In this document: positions 45,292-56,017 of the stretch, one piece after another
Layout: every line of letters begins with the position of its first letter
Position numbering within the stretch: the first letter of the stretch is position 1
NCBI GenBank assembly: GCA_046484045.1
Contig: JAWOBZ010000080.1
Coordinates: forward strand, 28,630 to 92,629
Length of the DNA: 64,000 nucleotides
Direction: 5' to 3'
Source: Thermoplasmata archaeon
Lineage (GTDB): Archaea; Thermoplasmatota; Thermoplasmata; Halarchaeoplasmatales; Halarchaeoplasmataceae
The notes under the pieces: model-generated
The model's input: the letters and a program-made list of their open reading frames with translations, nothing else
Database searches by the model: none
Told to the model about the DNA's origin: nothing
Translations under genes and position numbers: made by a program

Positions 45292-46554
45292 ATGTTCGGT
45301 AAACTAGACGTACCAACTATCAGGGAAGCGAAGAAGAGGGTGAGAGCAAGGAATAGATTCTTCGTAGTGTTATCGGTGATCTTCGTTCTTTTCTTGTTCT
45401 ACGTACTTTTTTGGATCATCATATTCCCAGGTCCCAAGCGATTGGACTTCACCAAGACCCTTTTGTGGAGCGGTGCTACCTTCGTTCTGTACATCGGAGC
45501 GAAGGCGTTAGGACGTTTGTTCTTGAATAAGATGATCAGTGCCTGGGAGAGCTTGGATGATTTCGATCCTGAAGAGAAGGTCGGCGGATTCAAGGTTGGT
45601 AAGATCAAGGGATACACTAAGAAGATAGCGGACGATATGGGTATCGACGGCGAGCCGGTCAAGGTATGCACCATGGATTCACCGATGCCCAACGCGTTCG
45701 GTCTCCTGTGGAGGAACGTGATCTGCCTTGACAGGTCGTGGCTGCGTATATTGGATGAACAGGAACTGAAGGCGCTTATAGCCCACGAGTTGACCCACCT
45801 GAAAATGAAGAAGACCCGACCCATGTTCTCGCATCCCACGTTGTTCAGCTTCGTTATATTTTTACAGATATCCGTGCTGACGTCCCTTTTCTTCTTCTAT
45901 GAAGTGTCTGATTATTACTTCAGGTTCATGACGCTTTTCTTCATCTTCCATTGGGTGGATATGATGTTCCTGTTGTTACCTTTGAAATCATCCAGGGCGG
46001 AAGAGCATCTGTGTGATTGGTCGGCGGTCAAGTACACAGATATCTTTGGTGCTGTCAACCTCATGCTGAAGCTGGGACAGAGGTACGAAGCCATCAACAT
46101 AATCAACGCCGCCATAAGCGAGATGAAGAAAAAGTACCGGATCCCTCTTTCCGACTACGTCCAACTCCCACAGATGATCGATAAGAACATAAAACGGTCG
46201 AAGATAGACCCGGAGGGCATCAGAGAGACTGTCAGAGAGACCGTAGAGGATATGGCGGCAGAGAATGGATGGAAAAAGGCTACATTCAGCTTTTCGACCG
46301 GCGGAGGAGACAGCTTGTTCAGCGGTAGAAATAGACACAAAGTCGACTGGATCCAGTACGACAGTCACATAATGGATTTCAGATTAGATGAGAAGGAACT
46401 ACCACAGTTTATAGAGGACATAAAATCAGACAGGAAAAGCTTCCTCTTCGACGCCAAGATAGATTCCTATAAGGACTCACACGGCACCCATCCTACCATA
46501 AAACAGCGCGTCCTGTTCCTTTGGAAGAACTACAAGAACAGAGCGGTCAGCTGA
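45292..46554 (+). CDS. Membrane zinc metalloprotease, M48-like (HExxH)
   Basis: The HELTHLKM (HExxH) motif lies between multiple TM helices. Confidence 0.55.
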   Translation: MFGKLDVPTIREAKKRVRARNRFFVVLSVIFVLFLFYVLFWIIIFPGPKRLDFTKTLLWSGATFVLYIGAKALGRLFLNKMISAWESLDDFDPEEKVGGFKVGKIKGYTKKIADDMGIDGEPVKVCTMDSPMPNAFGLLWRNVICLDRSWLRILDEQELKALIAHELTHLKMKKTRPMFSHPTLFSFVIFLQISVLTSLFFFYEVSDYYFRFMTLFFIFHWVDMMFLLLPLKSSRAEEHLCDWSAVKYTDIFGAVNLMLKLGQRYEAINIINAAISEMKKKYRIPLSDYVQLPQMIDKNIKRSKIDPEGIRETVRETVEDMAAENGWKKATFSFSTGGGDSLFSGRNRHKVDWIQYDSHIMDFRLDEKELPQFIEDIKSDRKSFLFDAKIDSYKDSHGTHPTIKQRVLFLWKNYKNRAVS

Positions 46555-47329
46555 TACTTCTTACCTCGTCCATCAGTTCTTTCACCTTTTCCACGGAAAC
46601 TGGGTTATGGATATCCTGGTTCTCTTTTATTGAGGTTCCCACTATGGCTCCGTCGGAGTTTTTCAGGACGTTGATGGCGTTGTTAACGGTTAAACCGGAG
46701 CCTATCAGCACCGGTGCTTGTACAGAATCTTTCGCCCTCTTCAACTCGACCAAGTCCACGGGTGTACCGGTCTCCTCCCCGCTGATGATGATACCGTCGG
46801 CTTTCCCTCTTATAACAGCGTCTCTGGACCCTTTAACTATATCTTTCGGATAGATCTGATCGCCGTGCTTGACGTGGATGTCGGCCAATATGCCGGCCTT
46901 TATGTCGAGGGCGTTCTTATATCGATGGATCTGGGCGGCTTCTCCCTCGATAATACCCTGCTCCGTCGCCGTTACGCCGGTGTACACGTTCACCCGGATG
47001 AAGTCCAGGTTGAGGACTTTAGCGATGCCAAGGGCGGCTTCCCAGTCGTTCCTGAGTACGTTAACACCCACGGGGACGTCCACTATCTTCTTTATCTCAC
47101 AGCAGGCCATGGTCATGGCGGCCACGGTCTCTTTGGACACCTTCACCGAGAACGGCATGTCACCGTAGTTCTCCACGAGGATGGCGTCTATACCTCCCTG
47201 TTCGAGGTTTCGGGCGTCTCTAAGCCCGCTCTTCATCACGTGATTCATACCCTTATAACCGGATTTTCCCGGCAGAGGGGGCAGATGTACCATCCCTATG
47301 ATCTTCTTCTTATCACCGAACCTTAACAT
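46547..47329 (-). CDS. BtpA/SgcQ family TIM-barrel protein
   Basis: The N-terminus IIGMVHLPPLPGKSGYKG is characteristic of BtpA. Confidence 0.7.
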   Translation of the reverse strand: MLRFGDKKKIIGMVHLPPLPGKSGYKGMNHVMKSGLRDARNLEQGGIDAILVENYGDMPFSVKVSKETVAAMTMACCEIKKIVDVPVGVNVLRNDWEAALGIAKVLNLDFIRVNVYTGVTATEQGIIEGEAAQIHRYKNALDIKAGILADIHVKHGDQIYPKDIVKGSRDAVIRGKADGIIISGEETGTPVDLVELKRAKDSVQAPVLIGSGLTVNNAINVLKNSDGAIVGTSIKENQDIHNPVSVEKVKELMDEVRSIS

Positions 47330-47362
47330 GTTCTATGATTGTGTTTCTATGGTTTAACGTTT

Positions 47363-47379
47363 TTGAACCATGTCACTTC
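47363..47379 (+). repeat. 17-bp direct repeat tttttgaaccatgtcac (left copy; the right copy is at 49127-49143), bracketing the DUF234 ATPase gene
   Basis: The same 17-mer appears in the same orientation in both intergenic regions flanking 47562-48932. Confidence 0.8.
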
Positions 47380-47561
47380 TTATCCAAGAACTTCTTGATC
47401 TCTTCCTCATCTCGCTCTTCAAAAGTGCAGATTGACCCCAGATCTTCAACCTATATTAATTCACGGATATCAAATATTTTCGAAGTTGTATAGCCAGAAT
47501 CAAATATTACAATCTCGTATTTAGACCGCGGTCATAACTATTACTTGTAGGTGTGTTATAT

Positions 47562-48932
47562 TCATACTAAGATATCTTCTAACTGGTGAAGTATGATATC
47601 ATCTCTTCCTTCGGATCTATCAATAAGTTTCTTTTCATATCCTGATCTTGAGAATAGACCAAATGTCTCTTCACGACTATCATTTCTCCATCTGACCTGA
47701 GCGGCTTTCCTTTCTAGCTTTTTCAACACTCCGATGTCGACCTTATCTTTACTCCATTTACATTCTCCCAAAAAGATCTGGTTGTCTTTTTCATCGAGCG
47801 CAACTATGTCTATCTCGTTTTCTTCGTGCCACCACCGACCAATTTTATTATATTCATATTTGCGTTTTACGGCTTTCAGACATACATCCTCAAATATCCT
47901 ACCCATATAATGACTGTAATCTTCTTTTACAGTATCTATCACTCCATCTGGGTTTACCTCGATCTGGCTCATATTAGGATAAACAAAGGTGATCCAGAAA
48001 CGGAAATAATTATCCTTTAATTTGTATAGGAAATTTCTCTGTTTTGGCTTTTCAGTTACTGGATATTCCTTATAGATTATATCCAATCTGTCCAAGGAGT
48101 TTAGATACTTATTGATATTTGTGATGGATATTTTACTTTTAGAAGATATCTCTGAAAGTTTGGTAGCACCGTCTATTATGGATTTGATGATGTTAAAATA
48201 AGTATTGGGCTTTCTTAATTCCTCTCTAAGCAATATCTCCGCTTCCTCGTAGAGTATATTCAATTTATTCAGGAAGGTGCCCTGGATATTATCGTAGAAA
48301 CCTTTCTTCGGGTCGAATTCTTTTAGATAGAAAGGTACGGCTCCAATCGCACCGTAAGTTTTTATCAAATCTTCCTGTGAATAATCTGGTAGGAATTCAC
48401 TTAGTTTCATTATGGGTATCTCGTCTACCTTGAGCTGCCCAGTTCGACGTCCATACAGTGGACTGCTGTAATCGAGCACCTCCTTTTCCATCATACCTAT
48501 GGAAGAACCGGTTAATACGAGGAAGATGTTTTCTTCACTCAGCACCTCATCCCAGATGTACTGCATCTCGGACAATATCTCTTTGTTCTCCTCGATCCAA
48601 TAGGGAAACTCGTCGATGATGAAGACGAATTTTTCTTGCGTGGATATCTTGTCGACCATGTTTATGAACAGCTCAGAGAGGGAGTTGGTTTCTGGAAGGT
48701 AAATATCGTGTTCTTTCGCAAGTTCATTCCTTAATCTCTCGACTTCAAGAGAAAAATCCTGTTTCCTAGAGAGAAAGTAAAAATTTGGTTTATCCTTTGA
48801 AAACTCCTTGGCTAGGGTGGTCTTACCGATCCTCCTCCTTCCATAGATGATAAAAAAATCAGAGCCTTCGCTTTCGTACCTCTCTTCGAGTCCGTCGAGC
48901 TCGTACTCCCGATCTATGAATTGTAGTATCAT
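47562..48932 (-). CDS. Archaeal AAA+ ATPase (Arch_ATPase + DUF234)
   Basis: FIDREYELDGL...YGRRRIGKTTL (Walker A) and Walker B IIDEFPY are present. Length is 456 aa. Confidence 0.75.
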   Translation of the reverse strand: MILQFIDREYELDGLEERYESEGSDFFIIYGRRRIGKTTLAKEFSKDKPNFYFLSRKQDFSLEVERLRNELAKEHDIYLPETNSLSELFINMVDKISTQEKFVFIIDEFPYWIEENKEILSEMQYIWDEVLSEENIFLVLTGSSIGMMEKEVLDYSSPLYGRRTGQLKVDEIPIMKLSEFLPDYSQEDLIKTYGAIGAVPFYLKEFDPKKGFYDNIQGTFLNKLNILYEEAEILLREELRKPNTYFNIIKSIIDGATKLSEISSKSKISITNINKYLNSLDRLDIIYKEYPVTEKPKQRNFLYKLKDNYFRFWITFVYPNMSQIEVNPDGVIDTVKEDYSHYMGRIFEDVCLKAVKRKYEYNKIGRWWHEENEIDIVALDEKDNQIFLGECKWSKDKVDIGVLKKLERKAAQVRWRNDSREETFGLFSRSGYEKKLIDRSEGRDDIILHQLEDILV

Positions 48933-49180
48933 AATACTTAGTATTACGCTACTATGTTATATATTTTTTGTCAGAAAGTATTTCTTCATGCCTTCCGTCC
49001 GTGTGACCAGTGCCCTCTATCTGCTCTTAATCGACTGTTTGATCGTCGTTGTCACCGTCATCATCTACTTCACTATCACCGCTACTTCCCATCGTTTCAT
49101 CCTACATATATGAAATCAGTCATGTCAAATATTTTTGAACCATGTCACAACTTTTATAACCTTCATGCAATCGGTGAACG

Positions 49181-50062
49181 ATGCTCGACTACTTGATGTC
49201 CAAGATAGTTTGGATAATCGCCGCAGTGGTGCTCACCGCCTCAGTCATCGGAGTCTACAACTGGCAGAGGCATTCCATGGAAGAGGTGGAGCTCGAAGAG
49301 AGGGCGAAGGGTATCTCGGAGATGGTGAACCGGATCTGCACTACGGACGGAGAGATCAAGCTGTTAGCGTCCAGCAACGAGAGCAGGGATCCAGATATCT
49401 ACTTGGAACCGTCGATAAACGGTCGGGTATATCAGCTGCAGTTCACACCCTCCGGTTTCTACTTAAAACAGGGTGACAAGATCATCTGGAGGGACTTCGT
49501 GGAGAACGTCCACATGATGAACCCTGCGTTGATAGGCGAAAACGATTACTCCCTGGTGAGCCAAGTCGACAGCATCGACCACGACCTGTCGATCTCGTCG
49601 GGTGAAAACTTCTACATCATGTCCAAGGGGTACAACGGGGTCTACGAAGTCTTCATCTACTCGGAAGATTCGGAAGGGGTCGTGGCTGAGACGAAAACGG
49701 TGGGCAGCGTCATAGCGGATTTCTTCCAAGTTAGGCCGTCCAAAGGTAATCTTAGCTACAACAAAACTGCCAACGACACCTTCAAGGGCGATATTACATT
49801 TCAAACGGACTGCCTTTTCCTCAACAACAATACGGAACTGCCGTGTCCCATACCGAAGGTACATCTGTGGAACGTGAGCTCTGAAAATATATCTGATATC
49901 AATATCACCCAGATGGACGAAGAGCACAGTAGATTACAAGTCCATAAGAACGAAAAGGTCCATCTGAAAAGACAGTTGTTATACATCGATGGAAATTTTA
50001 CAGCACATAGATTCATCTACACGGATCAAGCTTCTGTGATCTCTCCGGCGACCAGGTGGTAG
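49181..50062 (+). CDS. Hypothetical N-terminally membrane-anchored protein
   Basis: The N-terminal hydrophobic helix KIVWIIAAVVLTASVIGVY is followed by a ~270-aa extracytoplasmic region with N-glycosylation sequons. Its 3' end overlaps the giant gene by 37 nt. Confidence 0.45.
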   Translation: MLDYLMSKIVWIIAAVVLTASVIGVYNWQRHSMEEVELEERAKGISEMVNRICTTDGEIKLLASSNESRDPDIYLEPSINGRVYQLQFTPSGFYLKQGDKIIWRDFVENVHMMNPALIGENDYSLVSQVDSIDHDLSISSGENFYIMSKGYNGVYEVFIYSEDSEGVVAETKTVGSVIADFFQVRPSKGNLSYNKTANDTFKGDITFQTDCLFLNNNTELPCPIPKVHLWNVSSENISDINITQMDEEHSRLQVHKNEKVHLKRQLLYIDGNFTAHRFIYTDQASVISPATRW

Positions 50063-53000
50063 TCCGGACCCTTGACTCCGAATTCCACCTTGGACCTACC
50101 CATGTCTTTGCCTATCAAGGACGCTATCGCCGGGACGTTGGCTGAGAAGAAACCGGTGTATTTACCCTTGCCTACTTCCACTCCAAGATACGTGTCGTCC
50201 AGTATCTCCATGGGAAATTCATTCGTTGAACAGGAGGGTTTTTTATCGACTATACTCATGATCAAGTTCTTGATAGCGGTAGCTATCCAGGTGACGAAAG
50301 ATGCGATGGATTCACCACCTGTCAAAGCGAAAGTGAGTGTCACTTGGACTTCGTTCACGGTGGCTTGGAAGAAGAGCACCAGTTCCTGCACCACTTCCTT
50401 TATGAACTCGATGACCTCTTCGATGAACTTCATAACCATGGTTTTGACGAAGTTGATGATGTAGTCCAAACTGAATTTTGTTTTGCCCATCTTATCAGCG
50501 GTGTCTCTGAACGCACTGTTCACCAATCCCACTAGAATATCCCCGAAGCTCTCGTTGACATCTAAGTAAACTATCTGAAAACCAAGGTCCACATCGCTCA
50601 CAACAACGGGACCGATGGGGAACCTCGCTTCGTTTATACCTGTGTATTCTCCCAGGGTCACTTCGGTTTCGTTTTTCGGTGTTTTTCTCTTTGGGATGGT
50701 CAGGTTGACGTAGGTGCCGTCCCCCTCCTTTCCATGCAGACCCTGGCACTGGAACCATGCGGGGTATATGCTCGGTGACTCGTGGAACGGGTCCGCCAAC
50801 GGGTCCACCTGCCAATCGATATCAGTCTTTCCCACCCGTATCTTGCCGAAAGCGATCACGTCGCTCTCGAGAACGTTGAGGTTCAATCTGTAAGAAGTTC
50901 CGAACAGCTCACCGCCCAGGCTTATGTTGACGTACCTCGTCACGTTGTTTTCATACTTTGGAATCGAGGTCTCGTATCCGTCCGCGGTGACGTTCACCAT
51001 ACTGGACAGCCCGGTTATGGACAGGATCTTGTCCAAACACTTCAGTTTACCCTTGTCTTTCAGCTTGTCCAGTAAACTTTTGGCCTTGGGTCTTAAAAGG
51101 TCATTGATCGTGCTGTTGATAACGTCACCCAGCTTCTGGACCAACTTGGTGGCGTACTCTTTCAGTTTGTCCACCAGTTTATCGAATAACTCCATGATCT
51201 TTTCGATACCGTCTATGAGGTACGAAAGTGGCTTCTTGATGTACTTCCAGACTTTGTTCAAAAAGTTCATCGCATCAGAAAAAACGTCGTCGGAGAGCTT
51301 GTACTTGACTCCCGCCAACTTCCAGCCTGAATAAACCGTCAGCTCCAAAGAGAAAGAGATGTTCTCGGTGTGGTTCATCCAGACGTACCTGGGTTCACCG
51401 TCCTCTATGAGCGTAGGATCGGCCCTGCTGACGTTGTAATCCACCTCTATCGGGTCTATCTGTATCTTCCAATCCGTGCTGAACGGTCTGCTGGATATCT
51501 TGTTTACTTTCGTGTAGTGGACCCCTTTGGGCTTGCTTATATCGATCCTGTTGTCCAGTGAGATATAATCCGGCGTACAGTCGAATCTGAGCTTGAGCTC
51601 CCGCTCCCCTTCACCGTGTGAGAAACCAGCGGTTGTATCCACGGGTAAACGGTACTCCAGGTTGCTCATCTGACCTCCCATTATCATCTGGGTAGTCGTC
51701 GTTTTTAAAAACGATGACGCAAGCTCGAAAAGGGAATCGGTCATACTGCCTCCCCCTATTATCGACCATACCTTTCTCTGAAACAGGTTGCCCTGGATGT
51801 GCTCACCGTTCTTACTGGTCTTGAACTCGACGTGTTCTGCCTTCTTCAGTGAATTACCGTATAGGTCTTCCACGTCCGTGATGTTGAACCAGTAGCGCTG
51901 GTCGGACTCGAATTCACCATGGTGTAGGGTGATCATGGTCCCGTCTGCGTTCATATCGTACTCCCAAGACCCATCGTATGGATGGCACGTGAACTCCAGA
52001 CTGCTCTCTTTTATGGGCTCACTGAAAACGATGTGAAGTGGTATATCGGAGAGATACCGCTCGTTACCGTCCTCTGGACAAACGGCGATAACCTCCGGCC
52101 TGGTTGATTCCTTGATCTTGAACACGAATGGATTCGATATCCCCTCTGATATCCTCAGGTCGCTGCCGTTCTCGTCCTCTCCCTTTATGAACACCTTGTA
52201 TTTTACGCCGATTTCGAACGTTTCATGCGATATGACGACTTCGTCATCACCCACCCACGCGAAAGAGATGTTGGTTGTGTGGGGCTGTACGGACAGGTTG
52301 AAAGTGGTTTTGTTGATGGGTTTGCTGAACCTCACCCTTATGTTCTCGTTCTTGGAGATGTTCTCCGAACCGTTTACTGGGTAAGTGTAGGTGATCTCTG
52401 GAAGGTCTATCGACTTGGTCCTGTAATCCGCTGAGAAGAGAGTAGTACCGGTCCCTTCAGCTGTGACCGCGGCGCCGTCGTATCTGCTCTGCAGAGCGGA
52501 CAGATCGAACTCCAGGTCGATGTCGGCGCCGGGCGGGAAGGGTTCATGGTCCAGAACGAGTCGTTTACCGTTCTTTTCGAAACTATACTGCCAGGTGAGG
52601 TTGGAATCGATGAGATCTTGGATGCCGGTTGAAAATTCCACCCTCTCGTCGAAGGTCATGATTATCGAGCTCTCGACAGTTATCTCGCTGCCCGAGGACG
52701 GGTAGATACCGGTGACCTGTGGATACATCATGGTGGTCCAGGTGATGTCCTGGGGCTGCATCAAAGATGAATTCGTCCCGTTGTCCACGTCCTTAACACC
52801 ATCTATGGTCAGCTCGTATTCAGTGTAACGGAAGTAGAATTCAGATGGTGTCAATACCGCCCGGGTATCGTTATCATGCCAATTGACCGTGAAATCGACG
52901 TTTGGTGAGATAGAGTATGCCAAAGATTTCGTGTCCACTTTCTCGCTGAAGGTGACGGTGATCTCCTGGTCGGTGTTCCAGCTGTTGTTGCTGCTGGGTA

Positions 53001-55956
53001 AGATGTCCAGCACCCTCGGTCTGTTATCGACGAGCACCTGCACCGTGGTGTTATCGTGTCCCCCGCAGTCGTCCCAAACATCCAGAGTTACGTTGTAGGT
53101 ATCGGGTGTCATGAAAGTGTGGTTCACGTTCTTTCCCGTCTCATTTGTCCCGTCACCGAAGGTCCAGATACTTTGGATAACGCTGCCGTCGGGGTCGGTG
53201 CTGTCGCTATGAAAAGCCATCATCTCTGTTTCGGATGCAGGTGATGGTGAAACGCTCCCTATCTCTGCTTTCGGTGGTAGATTTACGAATATCTCTACAC
53301 TGTCCGAGTGAGTGAATCCGTCTTCGTCCACGACCTCGAATGTGATGACGTGCGTGCCGGGTGAGAGAAAACCGGCCGACATGTTGAAGTCCTCTTTGTT
53401 GGATAGATGACCGTCGATGTTCGATATCCACGATACCATGGAGGCGTTCACCCCGGTGAGATCGCCTTGGAATGATATCACGTGCTGTCCCCTGGTGGCT
53501 GGGTCCGGTGTGATATCCTCGATGTAGACCGTGCTTCGACTCCTGGTTTCAGTTCTTTTATGAGCTTGATAGTTCTTCACGGACGTGTTATACTGGTAGG
53601 AATCCAGTGCTTGGATGATCAGACCGTCGGAATCCGAGTGCTGGCTGTCTTCGTTCACCTCGCTGATCTCCCGGTCCCTTATATCATCGAATGCGGCCTC
53701 GACCTCTGGTTTTAGCTCCTTTTGGAGATCTTCTATTTTGGGACCTGAGAGTGTGCCTCCCTTCTGCAAGATATCGGCTATCTGCTGTTTATCTAACTCG
53801 CCGTCTCTTTTCCAGACGTAGTCGCACTCCGTGTTCGCCTTTCCTACCTTCACTTCAGAACTAGTTACGTCGTACTCCAGGTATGGATTAGTGTGACAAG
53901 ACAATTCTTCGGCGGTCCTTTGAGCCGTTGAATCAATCACATCCTTCTTTTGTGACAGAGAACCGTATTTTTTCTTTAAAAATTTCTTTAGGTCGTTGAT
54001 GCGTGGATCTCCCTCTTCATCGTGGAGAACGTCCAAGACGGCATCGACGATCTTCCCCGGATTATCCTGGTAGTAATCCATGGTTTCATCGATGGAGCTG
54101 GAGACCGCATCGTTGAGTTCTTTGAACAGCGATCTTCTATCGTAGGGATCGAGTTCCAACTTGGTGTATTTAGTCAATATCTCCTCCAATCCCGGGTCCT
54201 CCAGTACCGATTCGATGAACTTGGAGATCACCTCTTTTACCGCACCCCTGATGTTCTCCGCTTTCTTCTTGCTCTCCTTTTTGTAGTGGTCGTCGTAGAA
54301 CTCCTGCCAGTGCTTGTCGTTGTCCTCCAAGAGGTCTCTAGGGGTGAACATCAACTTTCCTTCGTCGATGGTGACTTTGACCTCTTTCTCTATGAAATCG
54401 TATCCGTAGAGCACTTCTGCGCCTCCACAGCGGCCGTAAACCGGTTCTCCGTCATCCTCACCCTTGACAACGGACTCGTTGCACGTGTGTCCGTGTTCCC
54501 TGTGAACCGTGCCGTGACCGCAGTCGTACGTGTACCATCTGTGCTCCGGGGATTTCAGCCTGATCCTGATCTTTAGGGTGTATACCTCTTTGAAATTCGG
54601 CGGTAGATTCGGGTATCCAGATATCGTTTTTCCGTTCATCTCGTCGTACACGTAATAATTCGATTTGAGCGTGTTGGTGTTCATAAGACCGGCGGAGATG
54701 AAATTCTTGGCCACCCAGTTCTTGACGGTTTCCACCTGTTCCGGATTAATTTCATCCTCCTCCCCAGATAAGAAATGAGAGAATATGTCCTCCGACCCCT
54801 CTTTCATGTCTTCGTAGATGTCGACGAGCGCCTGATATGCCTTGAACCCAATGTTTGCCACCTCCATATAGTGGAAGTAATCTAGGTACTTGAAAACGAA
54901 CTGATCCGACAGTGCGTTTATAGCTTGGGAGATCACCGCCGTTAAGTTGATGTCAGTCGAGTCCTCGCGCTCTACGATCTCTCCATCGTATCCGTAACCG
55001 TAGTACAGAGATACGATATCACCAGGATCGATACGGCCTCTCTGGATGTATTCGTCCACCAGTTCCCGTATAGTGCATGCGGCTTTGGTGGTTCGATTGG
55101 ATATCTCTCGGACGGATCCATCGTCGAAGGTCCTGTACTGGTAAGCTGTCTCTAAAAGGAAGGCCATGTTAACAGCCAGCTCGACGTCTTTCTTCGTGAT
55201 TATCTCGCTTGTGGCTTTGCAGGACGAGTTATCGATGTTCTCGTACTTTCTCATCCCGTAGCCCATCAACGTCCTGTACTGCGCTAGAGTGGTGATGATG
55301 TAGTCCGTGATCCTGGCCACGTGGCTTTGTTCTCCGGAGAGCTGTGAGTTAAAGGATGAGCACTTCTTTTTCAGGAACGGATACGGCACGTCCACGTCGA
55401 TGGTGAAATCTTTTTCTTTGTCCATGGAGAGGCCTTTGGGATTCTTAACTCTTAGAGAGATCGACCCCTCAACCTTGTACGCGTAGGTCTCGTTGTTCTT
55501 GTCTAACTCACCCGGTTGGTCGTTGGATACCCTGTCGTATCCTCCCCTGTCCTGGACCGTTTTGTTTATGGAGTCCGTCTCTTCGAATTTGATGTCCATG
55601 GAGAGGCTGTGGTTCAATATCTTTACAATGGCTCCCGGGACTTTTTTTTCCTCGTACTCATCCATAAAGTCTTCCGTCCGATTCTGGAATACTGTTGAAA
55701 CTGACATGTCCTTCCTGTTGGCTTTGTATGCACTCCTGACGGCCAATAGTTTGATCCTGGACTTCAGTGCATCGAGTTCGTTGTCCGCTCTCTCCTCGAG
55801 CTCGGATATCTCGTCGGCCCTGAGCTCGTTCTCGTAGCTGATCATCTGTATCCTAGATAGGTAAGCTACCGCTAGAACCGACAGTAATACAATTAGCACT
55901 CCTAAAAGGGCGAAGGATACGGTACCAACGTCTTTTCGGTCACTTCTAAAGATCAT
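50026..55956 (-). CDS. Giant (1976 aa) cell-surface protein with PKD and Ig-like domains and an N-terminal TM/pilin-like anchor
   Basis: The N-terminus is RKDVGTVSFALLGVLIVLLSVLAVAYL. The PKD signature is WTFGDGTNETGKNVNHTF...DDCGG. Repeated beta-sandwich-like segments are rich in N-x-S/T sequons. Confidence 0.7.
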   Translation of the reverse strand: MIFRSDRKDVGTVSFALLGVLIVLLSVLAVAYLSRIQMISYENELRADEISELEERADNELDALKSRIKLLAVRSAYKANRKDMSVSTVFQNRTEDFMDEYEEKKVPGAIVKILNHSLSMDIKFEETDSINKTVQDRGGYDRVSNDQPGELDKNNETYAYKVEGSISLRVKNPKGLSMDKEKDFTIDVDVPYPFLKKKCSSFNSQLSGEQSHVARITDYIITTLAQYRTLMGYGMRKYENIDNSSCKATSEIITKKDVELAVNMAFLLETAYQYRTFDDGSVREISNRTTKAACTIRELVDEYIQRGRIDPGDIVSLYYGYGYDGEIVEREDSTDINLTAVISQAINALSDQFVFKYLDYFHYMEVANIGFKAYQALVDIYEDMKEGSEDIFSHFLSGEEDEINPEQVETVKNWVAKNFISAGLMNTNTLKSNYYVYDEMNGKTISGYPNLPPNFKEVYTLKIRIRLKSPEHRWYTYDCGHGTVHREHGHTCNESVVKGEDDGEPVYGRCGGAEVLYGYDFIEKEVKVTIDEGKLMFTPRDLLEDNDKHWQEFYDDHYKKESKKKAENIRGAVKEVISKFIESVLEDPGLEEILTKYTKLELDPYDRRSLFKELNDAVSSSIDETMDYYQDNPGKIVDAVLDVLHDEEGDPRINDLKKFLKKKYGSLSQKKDVIDSTAQRTAEELSCHTNPYLEYDVTSSEVKVGKANTECDYVWKRDGELDKQQIADILQKGGTLSGPKIEDLQKELKPEVEAAFDDIRDREISEVNEDSQHSDSDGLIIQALDSYQYNTSVKNYQAHKRTETRSRSTVYIEDITPDPATRGQHVISFQGDLTGVNASMVSWISNIDGHLSNKEDFNMSAGFLSPGTHVITFEVVDEDGFTHSDSVEIFVNLPPKAEIGSVSPSPASETEMMAFHSDSTDPDGSVIQSIWTFGDGTNETGKNVNHTFMTPDTYNVTLDVWDDCGGHDNTTVQVLVDNRPRVLDILPSSNNSWNTDQEITVTFSEKVDTKSLAYSISPNVDFTVNWHDNDTRAVLTPSEFYFRYTEYELTIDGVKDVDNGTNSSLMQPQDITWTTMMYPQVTGIYPSSGSEITVESSIIMTFDERVEFSTGIQDLIDSNLTWQYSFEKNGKRLVLDHEPFPPGADIDLEFDLSALQSRYDGAAVTAEGTGTTLFSADYRTKSIDLPEITYTYPVNGSENISKNENIRVRFSKPINKTTFNLSVQPHTTNISFAWVGDDEVVISHETFEIGVKYKVFIKGEDENGSDLRISEGISNPFVFKIKESTRPEVIAVCPEDGNERYLSDIPLHIVFSEPIKESSLEFTCHPYDGSWEYDMNADGTMITLHHGEFESDQRYWFNITDVEDLYGNSLKKAEHVEFKTSKNGEHIQGNLFQRKVWSIIGGGSMTDSLFELASSFLKTTTTQMIMGGQMSNLEYRLPVDTTAGFSHGEGERELKLRFDCTPDYISLDNRIDISKPKGVHYTKVNKISSRPFSTDWKIQIDPIEVDYNVSRADPTLIEDGEPRYVWMNHTENISFSLELTVYSGWKLAGVKYKLSDDVFSDAMNFLNKVWKYIKKPLSYLIDGIEKIMELFDKLVDKLKEYATKLVQKLGDVINSTINDLLRPKAKSLLDKLKDKGKLKCLDKILSITGLSSMVNVTADGYETSIPKYENNVTRYVNISLGGELFGTSYRLNLNVLESDVIAFGKIRVGKTDIDWQVDPLADPFHESPSIYPAWFQCQGLHGKEGDGTYVNLTIPKRKTPKNETEVTLGEYTGINEARFPIGPVVVSDVDLGFQIVYLDVNESFGDILVGLVNSAFRDTADKMGKTKFSLDYIINFVKTMVMKFIEEVIEFIKEVVQELVLFFQATVNEVQVTLTFALTGGESIASFVTWIATAIKNLIMSIVDKKPSCSTNEFPMEILDDTYLGVEVGKGKYTGFFSANVPAIASLIGKDMGRSKVEFGVKGPDYHLVAGEITEA

Positions 55957-56017
55957 TCTCCAAGGAGTCCGAATTACGAATGGTATAAACTTTTTTCGAC
56001 CGTCCTGTTCTCTCGAT

